NCBI GenBank assembly: GCA_963674705.1
Contig: OY771506.1
Span: 3,328,001-3,392,000, forward strand
Direction of reading: 5' to 3'
DNA length: 64,000 bases
Source of the DNA: Phycisphaeraceae bacterium
Lineage (GTDB): Bacteria > Planctomycetota > Phycisphaerae > Phycisphaerales > Phycisphaeraceae
Numbering within the stretch: position 1 is the first letter of the stretch; each line of letters starts with the position of its first letter. The translations under genes were made by a program, and so were the position numbers. Below are positions 10,391 to 18,706 of this stretch, one piece after another. A model generated the notes under the pieces. That model saw only the letters and a program-made list of their open reading frames with translations, ran no database searches and was not told the DNA's origin.

Positions 10391-11277
10391 GCGCACTCTT
10401 TCTCGATCAGTTCCAACAATTCACCCCGTAGCCGCTTCGTCAGTTCACCCGCAACGCCGGCTCCCACTACCGACTTCTCCACCTTCGTCACCGGCAGCAC
10501 CTGCCAGCTTGAATTGGTTAGGAAGACTTCGTCCGCATCGAGCAGGTCGTCGATACCGAGCATCTGCTTCTTGATGGTTACGCCCAGTCCCTCGGCGATC
10601 TCGATCACGGCTGCGCGGGTGATGCCCGGCAGGACCGGGGCGGGCAGGGAATTCTCCACTTCTTCGTCCCGTGCGATCGGCGTCAGCAGTTGGCCGTCCT
10701 TGACCAGGAAGATGTTACTGATGCACCCGCTGGCAAGGTGGTTGGACACGTTCAGCCAGATCGCCTCACCGGCCCCGGCCGTCGCTGCCTGACGCAATGT
10801 CCGCAGCCGCGCCCAGTACGCCAGCGTCTTGTGGCCGGCTAAGGCGTCAAACGGATTCGCGCCTGGTTGAGCGACCAGCACCGTGATCCCTTCCTCGAAG
10901 TAGCGGGGGTCGTACACCGTTGCCTCGGTCGGCTGGATCAGCACCGTGCCGGGGGCGTCGTCGGGTTTGCCCGATGTGGCCAATAGCGACAGGCTGCCGG
11001 GGGTGATGGTCAGGCGGATGCGTGCCCGGTCGATCTGGTTGTGCTCGATCGTCAGACGGACCGCCTCAGCGAGGGCGGTGGCGTTCAGATCGCGTGTCAA
11101 GCCCAGTGAGCGGGCGGAGATGCACAGCCGTTCCAGGTGCTGCTGAAGGCGGAAAACCTGCCCGTTCTGGGCGTGCATGGTTTCGAAAAGCCCCACAGCG
11201 TGCTGGAAACCGGCATCGTCAGCCGCGATCCGGGCTTGGTCGGGGGGGAGTATTTGGCCGTTGAGGAAAATGTTCAT
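10378..11277 (-). CDS. Aminotransferase class IV (IlvE/PabC-like, PLP fold type IV)
   Basis: GLFETM, FRLQQHLERL, HKTLAY (PLP Lys), SNIFLVKDG, LPGITR, ADEVFLTNS. Confidence 0.9.
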   Translation of the reverse strand: MNIFLNGQILPPDQARIAADDAGFQHAVGLFETMHAQNGQVFRLQQHLERLCISARSLGLTRDLNATALAEAVRLTIEHNQIDRARIRLTITPGSLSLLATSGKPDDAPGTVLIQPTEATVYDPRYFEEGITVLVAQPGANPFDALAGHKTLAYWARLRTLRQAATAGAGEAIWLNVSNHLASGCISNIFLVKDGQLLTPIARDEEVENSLPAPVLPGITRAAVIEIAEGLGVTIKKQMLGIDDLLDADEVFLTNSSWQVLPVTKVEKSVVGAGVAGELTKRLRGELLELIEKECAMHE

Positions 11278-11397
11278 GAGGGTTCAGGGTACAGGGTTCT
11301 GGGTTCGGTGGGGGAGTACGGTCTTGTTTGCCCGTGGGGGGTGTGAGTCGTATACTACATGGCTCGACCAAGGGTTCCAGTTATGGTCGAGGACAGG

Positions 11398-11428
11398 CCC
11401 CGAACCCCGAACCCCGAACCCCGAACCC
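11398..11428. repeat. (CCCCGAA)x4 heptamer array, mirrored by degenerate GGGTTCA units at 11279-11308
   Basis: Read directly; brackets a divergent promoter region. Confidence 0.8.
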
Positions 11429-11438
11429 AAGCATAGCC

Positions 11439-11705
11439 ATGAAAAAAGATATCCACCCCGAATACCGACCGGTTGTCTTTCAGGACGTCTCGGCTGACTT
11501 CGCTTTCCTGACACGTTCCACAGCCAAGGGCCACGGCACGATCAAGTGGGAAGACGGCAAAGAGTATCCCTTAATCAAGGTCGATATCTCCAGCCACAGC
11601 CACCCGTTCTTCACCGGCAAGCAGAAGTTCGTCGATACCGCCGGCCGCGTCGAGAAGTTCCAGAAGAAGTTCGCCGGCTCGTACTTCGGCAAGAAGAAGA
11701 GCTAG
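11439..11705 (+). CDS. rpmE2: 50S ribosomal protein L31 type B
   Basis: [16 protein letters not shown]...[26 protein letters not shown]; no Zn-binding Cys; ATG at 11439. Confidence 0.95.
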   Translation: MKKDIHPEYRPVVFQDVSADFAFLTRSTAKGHGTIKWEDGKEYPLIKVDISSHSHPFFTGKQKFVDTAGRVEKFQKKFAGSYFGKKKS

Positions 11706-11719
11706 ATACCGTACAAACG

Positions 11720-11752
11720 AAAACCGCAGTGTTTTTCCGCACTGCGGTTTTT
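11720..11752 (+). terminator. Intrinsic terminator after rpmE2
   Basis: AAAACCGCAGTG-loop-CACTGCGGTTTTT. Confidence 0.85.
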
Positions 11753-11769
11753 CGTGCGCGGAGATAACT

Positions 11770-11846
11770 GTAAAGCCGCGACCATCGGTCGCGCTCCCTA
11801 AAACTCCCCAACCAACCAGACGCGCGACCACTGGTCGCGGCTATAC
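11770..11846. repeat. REP-like doublet family B
   Basis: GTAAAGCCGCGACCATCGGTCGCGC ... GCGCGACCACTGGTCGCGGCTATAC. Confidence 0.75.
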
Positions 11847-11851
11847 AAAAG

Positions 11852-12922
11852 ATGTCCAACCTGACCGGGAAACTCGATGAGCTTGCCACCCAGTTCGATG
11901 AGCTGGAAGCTCAATTGCAGGACCCGGCGGTCATCTCGAACCACGAGAAAGTGCGCACGCTCAGCGTCAAACGCTCTGCAATTGCCGGCATCGTCGAACG
12001 CTATCGGCAGTGGCAGTCGCTTACGCAGCAGGCGGATGAGCATCAGCAGATCATTTCTGAAAACGAAGATGCCGAACTGGTCGAACTCGCCAAGGCTGAG
12101 TTGCCCGAGCTGCAATCTCAAGCTGAAAAGCTATTGGAAGAGGTCTCCAACGAACTGGTCACCGCGGACGATCAGGCGGTGGGTTCGGTCATCATGGAAG
12201 TGCGTGCCGGGACCGGCGGCGATGAAGCGGCGCTCTGGGCGGGCGATCTGATCGAGATGTACCAGGCGTTTGCCCGCCAGCGACGGTGGAAGTTCGAGCC
12301 CTTGGAATTCACGCCGGGCGATCAGGGCGGCGTGCGTAGCGCGGTCATTGCATTAAAGGGCGATGCGGTCTGGCAGGGCTTGGGTTACGAGGGCGGCGTC
12401 CACTGCGTGAAGCGCGTGCCCGCCACCGAAACGCAAGGGCGTGTGCACACCAGCACAGCTACGGTAGCGGTCCTGCCTGAGCCGGAAGAGGTCGAGGTCA
12501 ATATCCCCGATAGCGACATCGACATCCACGTCACCACCGCGCAGGGCCCCGGCGGTCAGAACGTGAACAAGGTCGCCACCGCGGTTCACATGGTTCACAA
12601 GCCCACCGGCATCGAGGTGCGGATGCAGGAATCCAAGAGCCAGCACCAGAACCGCGAGAAGGCGATGCAATTGCTGCGTGCCCGCGTGTATGAACGCATG
12701 CAGGCTGAGAAAGATGCTGAATATGCCGAGACGCGCAGCAAGATGATCGGCACCGGCGGGCGATCCGAGCGCGTCCGTACCTACCGCTGGAAAGACAACA
12801 TCGTGGTCGATCACCGCCTGGGCCGATCCTTCAACCTCCAGACGGTCCTGGCCGGCGAAATGTCCGAACTCATCGACGCCCTGATCGCCGAAGACCGCGC
12901 ACAGCGGCTGGCGGCGCTCTGA
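11852..12922 (+). CDS. prfA: Peptide chain release factor 1
   Basis: RAGTGGDEA, RVPATETQGRVHTS (PxT motif), GPGGQNVNK, RSERVRTY. Confidence 0.92.
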   Translation: MSNLTGKLDELATQFDELEAQLQDPAVISNHEKVRTLSVKRSAIAGIVERYRQWQSLTQQADEHQQIISENEDAELVELAKAELPELQSQAEKLLEEVSNELVTADDQAVGSVIMEVRAGTGGDEAALWAGDLIEMYQAFARQRRWKFEPLEFTPGDQGGVRSAVIALKGDAVWQGLGYEGGVHCVKRVPATETQGRVHTSTATVAVLPEPEEVEVNIPDSDIDIHVTTAQGPGGQNVNKVATAVHMVHKPTGIEVRMQESKSQHQNREKAMQLLRARVYERMQAEKDAEYAETRSKMIGTGGRSERVRTYRWKDNIVVDHRLGRSFNLQTVLAGEMSELIDALIAEDRAQRLAAL

Positions 12923-12995
12923 ATCTCGTTTCCTGGTCTCTAAACAGCCCCCCAATGCTCACCTGATCTACCCCCAACAGCCGATAACTCACAAT

Positions 12996-15749
12996 GTGAG
13001 TAGTCACCGGTTGTATTTCCACGCGCGTTTCGGGCTGATCCTGGTCCTGATGTTGCTATGCGCTACCGAAACCGTCTGGGCCCAGTCATCGATCATCCGC
13101 CCACGTCGGCTGGTCAAGCTCTTCGACTTCGAGGAGCCGGACAACTACGAATCCCTGCCCAAGAACTGGTTCATCATCGGCAGGCCCGCCGAGACGACCG
13201 ACAACACCTTCTTCCGCGAGCCGCTGCACCACGAACTGATGGAGCGACCGGGCTATCCGTCATTTACCGAGGTGCGTTTTGATCAGACCCATGCCACGTC
13301 GGGGCAGCGCTGTCTCTACCTCGGGCTCAACGGCGGCAGCGCCGGGGCGTTCCTGGAAGTGGGCACCATCCCCTCCGTCCCGCAGAGTGATTACCTGGTG
13401 ACCGCCGCGGTCCGCACCGAAGATTTGAAGCATGCCTCGGCCTACCTCACAGTGTACTTCGTCGACCGACAGGGCCAGCGCATCGAAGCCAGCGTCACCC
13501 AGAGCCAGCCGATCCGCACGTGGGGCGAATGGACACAGGTTGCCCTGAAGCTGCGAGGCGATATTGAAGGGGCGGTATGGATCGGCATGGAAGCCGAACT
13601 GCGTCAGCCCAAACGCGACCCGGACGACCCACTGGGTGCTCAACGCATCCTGCTCAAGGATATCGAAGGCAAAGTCTGGTTCGACGATATCTCCATCTGG
13701 CAGCTTCCCCGCATCGAAGTTGCTACGCAGAGCAAGGTCAACCTGATACGCGACCCGCAAAAACCCGAACTTGCCATCAGTGTCCGTGACCTGACCGGGC
13801 AGAACCTCTACGTTCAGGTCGTGGCATACGACTATCAACTCAAACCCGCCGCGGTCGATCGCCGTAAACTCGGTGTCGGTGCGCCGAGGTTCTGGACCTG
13901 GCAGCCGGACCTGCCCGGCTACGGCTGGTACCTCGTGGACATGCAGGTGCGTGATGAAAACGCTGCGGCATCCAGCATGCAAACACCTATCGCGCGCACG
14001 TTCGGCGCTTTTGTCTGGCTGCCGCCGAACGATGCGCTGAACCCGGTGGACGCCCAGCGATTCAAGCTGATTGCTTCGGACCTGTCTGACGAGCAGATGA
14101 ACTTTCTGCCGCAATTGCTGGAAGGCTCCGGCATACGCTCGACGGTGCTCAGTGTCTGGGAGCGGTCCACAACATTATCCGGCGTAGAAAAACGAAAAGA
14201 CCGCCTCGATGAGATGATGCAGTGGCTGTATCTGAGCGGGCGCAGTGCTGCGTTATCGCTTGATCCCGTGCCCAGGTCACTTGCCGATGCGGTCAATATG
14301 CCGTCGGTCGATCCGCTTTCCCTGCTTGGCACGGACCGATCGCAGTGGCTTGCTTATCTCACACCCACCTTGCTCAGCCATGGCCAGCGCATCCATCGCT
14401 GGTGTCTCGGTTCGCCCGATCAGGCATATGCCTTTTACGATCAGGACCTGCCTGAGATGCTCGACGAAGTTTACGTTCAGTTCTCAACGCTCGCGCCCTC
14501 GCCGGAACTGGTCATCCCATGGCGTGCGGACCAGGCCCGACGAAGCGATATGCCCGAATCGACGTACTACCTGATGGACGTCCCTCCGAGCATCGTTGCC
14601 GAAGAGTTGCCCACCCATTTAGAGCAGTGGCGCGACATCAAGGACCGATTGACATTGCACCTGCGCGAGCCGCCTGCCAACCATGTATCGCACGCACGCC
14701 GGGTCACCGATATGGCCATCCGGATGATGATGGCATGGGAATATCAACCCGAAACCATCGCGGTATCCAGACTCTGGACGCAAGCCGCTCAGCGCGAAAC
14801 CGCCATCGTGCCGGACCCGCTGCTGGGGGTCTTTGCGAATATGGCCCACGAATTATCCGGCCGACGTGTCATCGGCAAACTCGAACTGGGCGGCGGCCTG
14901 GAAGTACGCATCCTCGACGGCCCGGCCGGCCCCGCACTCGTCACCTGGGCGCAGCAGCCCGGTTCGCCCGAAAGCATCTTGAATCTTTACATGGGGCAAA
15001 ACCCGGTTGCCAAGGATGTCTGGGGCAACCAGTCGCCGATCCCCTTAATCAATGGCAAGCACCAGTTTCAGGTTCCCGAGACGCCGGTCTTTATCACCGG
15101 CATTGATGCCGATCTTGCCATGTTCCGCGCCGGTTTTACGATCGACGAGCCGTTCATCGATTCAACCCGAAGCCTGCACGATCGTGTCTTCACACTCACC
15201 AATCCCTGGTCAAAAACCATCAGCGGATACATGCGTATCACCGGCCCGCAAGGTTGGGAGTCCAGACCGACCCGTCATTACTTCTCGATACCCGCCGGGC
15301 GCAGCATGACCCTGCCCACCGCTTTGACGTTCCCCGTATCCGAAGTCGCCGGGCATCATACGATCACCGCACGCTTCGAATTCAACGCCGACGAACCGAT
15401 GGAGATCGACATGTCATTGCCGGTTGAAGTCGGCTTGAAGGATGTGCGTTTCAACGGCACGGTTGCGCTCAATCCGGGCGAAGAACCGGGTACCGAAGAC
15501 GCGACCGCCTCGGCTGTCGTCACCAATACCGGAAGCCAGAAGCTGTCGCTTTACGTCTTCGCCAATCTGCCCGGCCACCCGATCCAGGAACGCATCGTCG
15601 CCGAACTCGATCCGGGTGAATCCGCCGTACGCCACTTCCGTTTCCCCGGCGCAGGCCAGGCCCTGCGCGATAACGCCATGCGATTAGGCGTCCGCGAAGT
15701 CGACGGCCCAAGAATGCTCAACCAACGTTTCACGATCAGCGAAGAGTAA
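12996..15749 (+). CDS. Large secreted hypothetical protein (possible N-terminal carbohydrate-binding jelly-roll and C-terminal Ig/NEW3-like domains)
   Basis: 917-aa ORF with signal peptide, FDFEE...VWFDDISI jelly-roll-like segment and beta-rich C-terminus; domain calls tentative. Confidence 0.75.
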   Translation: MSSHRLYFHARFGLILVLMLLCATETVWAQSSIIRPRRLVKLFDFEEPDNYESLPKNWFIIGRPAETTDNTFFREPLHHELMERPGYPSFTEVRFDQTHATSGQRCLYLGLNGGSAGAFLEVGTIPSVPQSDYLVTAAVRTEDLKHASAYLTVYFVDRQGQRIEASVTQSQPIRTWGEWTQVALKLRGDIEGAVWIGMEAELRQPKRDPDDPLGAQRILLKDIEGKVWFDDISIWQLPRIEVATQSKVNLIRDPQKPELAISVRDLTGQNLYVQVVAYDYQLKPAAVDRRKLGVGAPRFWTWQPDLPGYGWYLVDMQVRDENAAASSMQTPIARTFGAFVWLPPNDALNPVDAQRFKLIASDLSDEQMNFLPQLLEGSGIRSTVLSVWERSTTLSGVEKRKDRLDEMMQWLYLSGRSAALSLDPVPRSLADAVNMPSVDPLSLLGTDRSQWLAYLTPTLLSHGQRIHRWCLGSPDQAYAFYDQDLPEMLDEVYVQFSTLAPSPELVIPWRADQARRSDMPESTYYLMDVPPSIVAEELPTHLEQWRDIKDRLTLHLREPPANHVSHARRVTDMAIRMMMAWEYQPETIAVSRLWTQAAQRETAIVPDPLLGVFANMAHELSGRRVIGKLELGGGLEVRILDGPAGPALVTWAQQPGSPESILNLYMGQNPVAKDVWGNQSPIPLINGKHQFQVPETPVFITGIDADLAMFRAGFTIDEPFIDSTRSLHDRVFTLTNPWSKTISGYMRITGPQGWESRPTRHYFSIPAGRSMTLPTALTFPVSEVAGHHTITARFEFNADEPMEIDMSLPVEVGLKDVRFNGTVALNPGEEPGTEDATASAVVTNTGSQKLSLYVFANLPGHPIQERIVAELDPGESAVRHFRFPGAGQALRDNAMRLGVREVDGPRMLNQRFTISEE

Positions 15750-15763
15750 GTCGCATATCTTTA

Positions 15764-15810
15764 CCCCATCTCCCTCCGGGAGAGGGCCGGGGTGAGGGCC
15801 GGATTGATTA
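15764..15810. repeat. Palindromic repeat family A
   Basis: CCCCATCTCCCTCCGGGAGAGGGCCGGGGTGAGGGCCGGATTGATTA. Confidence 0.85.
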
Positions 15811-15949
15811 TGCGTCATGTTTGTAATTGATTGCACGATCAATTCGGTCTTCACAATTCACACAAAAAAACAACGCCGAACCCTGACTGCGGTGCGGGTC
15901 CGGCGTTGGCCGTGTTGTTTACAGTGTGTGAGTTTCTTTCGTATGCAGT

Positions 15950-16198
15950 TTATGTCTGACGTTTACGCATGATCAGGAGTGCCAGGCCTTGCGGCGCCCC
16001 CAGTAGTAACGCCGTGGGTTCGGGGATGGATTGCATCACGTTATCCTCGCCATCTTCTTCACTATTCAGGGCGGTGCCGTCATCGATGCCGGGCTCGGTT
16101 GCGGTCGTTTACGCTTGAGCCGTTGCTGTATTAACCATACTAAGCAGTCCCGCCAGACCGATCGCGCCTACTGATTGATGCAGCTTTCTCCTCTTCAC
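15950..16198 (-). pseudogene. Minimal PEP-CTERM protein interrupted by an in-frame TAA
   Basis: Hand translation: VKRRKLHQSVGAIGLAGLLSMVNTATAQA*TTATEPGIDDGTALNSEEDGEDNVMQSIPEPTALLLGAPQGLALLIMRKRQT*; internal stop at 16109-16111. Confidence 0.75.
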
Positions 16199-16428
16199 AT
16201 CTCCCACGGCATCGTGGGTTATTTAAAGTGGGCTTGCGTGGCTCGCAACGACACGGCCACGCAAGGGCCCGTTCCGGGGTCGCCCCAGTGGGGGTAAAGG
16301 GCTTGTCCGGTTACCTGTTAGTCGTTCTGGAGGGGGGGACAACAAGGCGGGTTGTGAAAAAAGAAATAAACACCTTGATCGGTTCGTTATATTGGCACAC
16401 AATTGGGAGTGGAATCACATGGGGCCCA

Positions 16429-18555
16429 ATGACTGACGAACAAGCCCTACGAGCTTTGGTGGAAGAGAACTGCTGCAAGGCCTTTGCTGCGCTTGTAGAC
16501 AGGTACTATCGCCAGGTCTTCTCGATCTGCTATCGGCGGCTGAATAACCGTGCGGACGCCGAGGACGCCACACAGGACGTCTTCCGCAAGCTGATCGAAT
16601 CCTCCGACGAAATCGAACGCGACCTGGGCGGCTGGCTGCGGAGCTGTGCCGTCAATACCAGCATCAGTATGATCCGCTCGTCCTCGGCCCGCCGGCGTCG
16701 TGAGAATGCTTGTGACAACGAAGAGTGCTGTGCCGAATCTACCGAACATATCGACCGGGTTGAGTTGGTAAACCGCATGCTCAGCGAGCTGGACGATCAG
16801 CAGCGCGAATTGTTGATCCGGCACGTGGTCGGCGGGGTATCCCAATCCGCATTGGCTCAGGAACTGGGCGTCACCCAGCAGGCGGTGGCTTCACGAATAA
16901 CGACCATCCGCAACCGGCTGCGGGGCTGGCTTGACCTGCGCCAGATCACACTCGGCCTGGGCTTCCTGGTCACGGGCTGGTGGTCCACCGCCAAAGCCGC
17001 TGTCATCCGCACCGCGACATCACTGGGCCTGCCCACGACAGGCGGCGGTGTCGGCGTCGTCGGCGCTTCAGCAGGTAAAGGCACGATCGCGACCGCGGTT
17101 GCTGTCAGCGTGATCTGCTTATTACCCGGTGACGATCCGCAAGTCCTCACTCAACAGCACAACCGGCCTGATCGCAATACCCAGGCTCGCGCAACAACAT
17201 ACAGCCCGGCAGATTCCCAAACGCGGAACGCGGCTAATAGCTCAGCAACGATCGATCCCAACTTGCTGCTTGTCAATGACAACACATCAAGTTCAGCCGG
17301 CCGTTCACTCAGCAGTTTGATGGCAAACGCGGCGGACGTCTCGTTGTATCCACGTACCGTGACAGACCCGCTCCAGTACAACAACACGCAAGTCAGCGAG
17401 CCACTGGTAAACGCCGCTTCGACCTCGCCGGTAGCAGCAGCAACGCCCGTAATGACGGTGCCTGCCGCTCAACCCTTTACTTCGAATAACAGCACGTCAC
17501 TTGCGATCGCAACACCAAACCGGGTCACGCGGGATTCGGATCTATCAGCCGATACGACCGAGACGCGTGAACTCTCGAGCGTCGCTATTACACCCACTAC
17601 GCCGTCAACGGCCGAGCAGCCGGAAGCCGATATGCCCGTCGAGGTGGTGGATGCTGAAGAAGACATCCCCGCTGTCGGTGGCGGCGCTCATAAAGTGGTT
17701 GTTGTTGCAAAGGTCAACCCACACTATGGCGGCGGTCATGCCATGACCTGGCAAATGAATCCCGACCATGCGTTTGTGATCGACAAGATACAGCAATGGG
17801 CTGATGCGCGATGGGACCGAACCCAGGCGACCCAGCAGTGGCAGCCGACGATCCCAACTGAACACGTCGATGATGTATCGGCGCTTGCGGGAACCGTCGA
17901 CTTCAACGAACCGAACGAGCCGGCAGAGCACACCGAACCTTCAAACGATGCCGAATACGCCGACGCCGATGCGCCGTTTGACTTCAAACCCTTCAAGCGA
18001 CCGCCCCGCGACATGCGCTGGGAGGAAGACCGGCCGATCTTCGCGGATGGTTTTCCTGAGCCCGGGCCGTTTGATGATTTTGACCCGCAGCACGCAATGA
18101 CGCCGCCGGACTTCGAGCCGTTGACACAATTTGATGGCGAGTATCATCCGTTCGAGCAATCCACCACCTTTGCGGCCATCCTCCCCAACGGTGATAAGCC
18201 TGCTGAGCCCGACGCGGTAATCGGTGAAGTGTGGATGCCGATCATGCCTGTTCCCGATGTCATTGCCATCATCAACGCTACTGCCGAACACGACAACGTG
18301 CCGGATGTATCGGCAGGCGACGTATCGGATGGATGGGGAGATTCAGAGGACTTAACTGATATTGATCTGGCGGCCGTCATCATCCCCGTCGCGACGACTT
18401 TCTCCTTTACCTATCAGCCGGTGATCGTCCCGATGAGCTTCGCCGCCGATTCCGAGCGGTTGGCGTTGAACCAGACGCCGGCGACCCCACTGCCCGAACC
18501 GGCGGGCATCCTGCTGCTGGGCCTCGGCTCGACGCTGCTGCTGCGCCGGTCCTGA
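16429..18555 (+). CDS. ECF sigma-70 factor with long C-terminal extension ending in a PEP-CTERM signal
   Basis: Region 2: AFAALVDRY...DAEDATQDVF...GWLRSCAVN; region 4: LSELDDQQRELL...SQSALAQELGVTQQAVASRI; C-terminus LPEPAGILLLGLGSTLLLRRS; start set at ATG 16429. Confidence 0.85.
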   Translation: MTDEQALRALVEENCCKAFAALVDRYYRQVFSICYRRLNNRADAEDATQDVFRKLIESSDEIERDLGGWLRSCAVNTSISMIRSSSARRRRENACDNEECCAESTEHIDRVELVNRMLSELDDQQRELLIRHVVGGVSQSALAQELGVTQQAVASRITTIRNRLRGWLDLRQITLGLGFLVTGWWSTAKAAVIRTATSLGLPTTGGGVGVVGASAGKGTIATAVAVSVICLLPGDDPQVLTQQHNRPDRNTQARATTYSPADSQTRNAANSSATIDPNLLLVNDNTSSSAGRSLSSLMANAADVSLYPRTVTDPLQYNNTQVSEPLVNAASTSPVAAATPVMTVPAAQPFTSNNSTSLAIATPNRVTRDSDLSADTTETRELSSVAITPTTPSTAEQPEADMPVEVVDAEEDIPAVGGGAHKVVVVAKVNPHYGGGHAMTWQMNPDHAFVIDKIQQWADARWDRTQATQQWQPTIPTEHVDDVSALAGTVDFNEPNEPAEHTEPSNDAEYADADAPFDFKPFKRPPRDMRWEEDRPIFADGFPEPGPFDDFDPQHAMTPPDFEPLTQFDGEYHPFEQSTTFAAILPNGDKPAEPDAVIGEVWMPIMPVPDVIAIINATAEHDNVPDVSAGDVSDGWGDSEDLTDIDLAAVIIPVATTFSFTYQPVIVPMSFAADSERLALNQTPATPLPEPAGILLLGLGSTLLLRRS

Positions 18556-18706
18556 ACAGCACATCCAATACTCAAGCAGATCAAACCACCGGGGCACTAC
18601 GTAAGTTTGCTGTCAATCCACCGGCCGCGTAGATGATGGCCGCGCTGGCTGTTGGTACACTCTTGGCATGGTTAACCGGGGGTGAACTACGTACAGGGAA
18701 TTCAAC

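Noticed and set aside
16109..16111. Programmed Sec/Pyl readthrough in the mini PEP-CTERM gene
   Set aside because: The stop is TAA, which is not recoded by those systems; nonsense mutation or sequencing error is simpler
16392..16408. Sigma-54 promoter TGGCAC...TTGG upstream of the ECF gene
   Set aside because: The -12 GC is absent and TT is one base out of register
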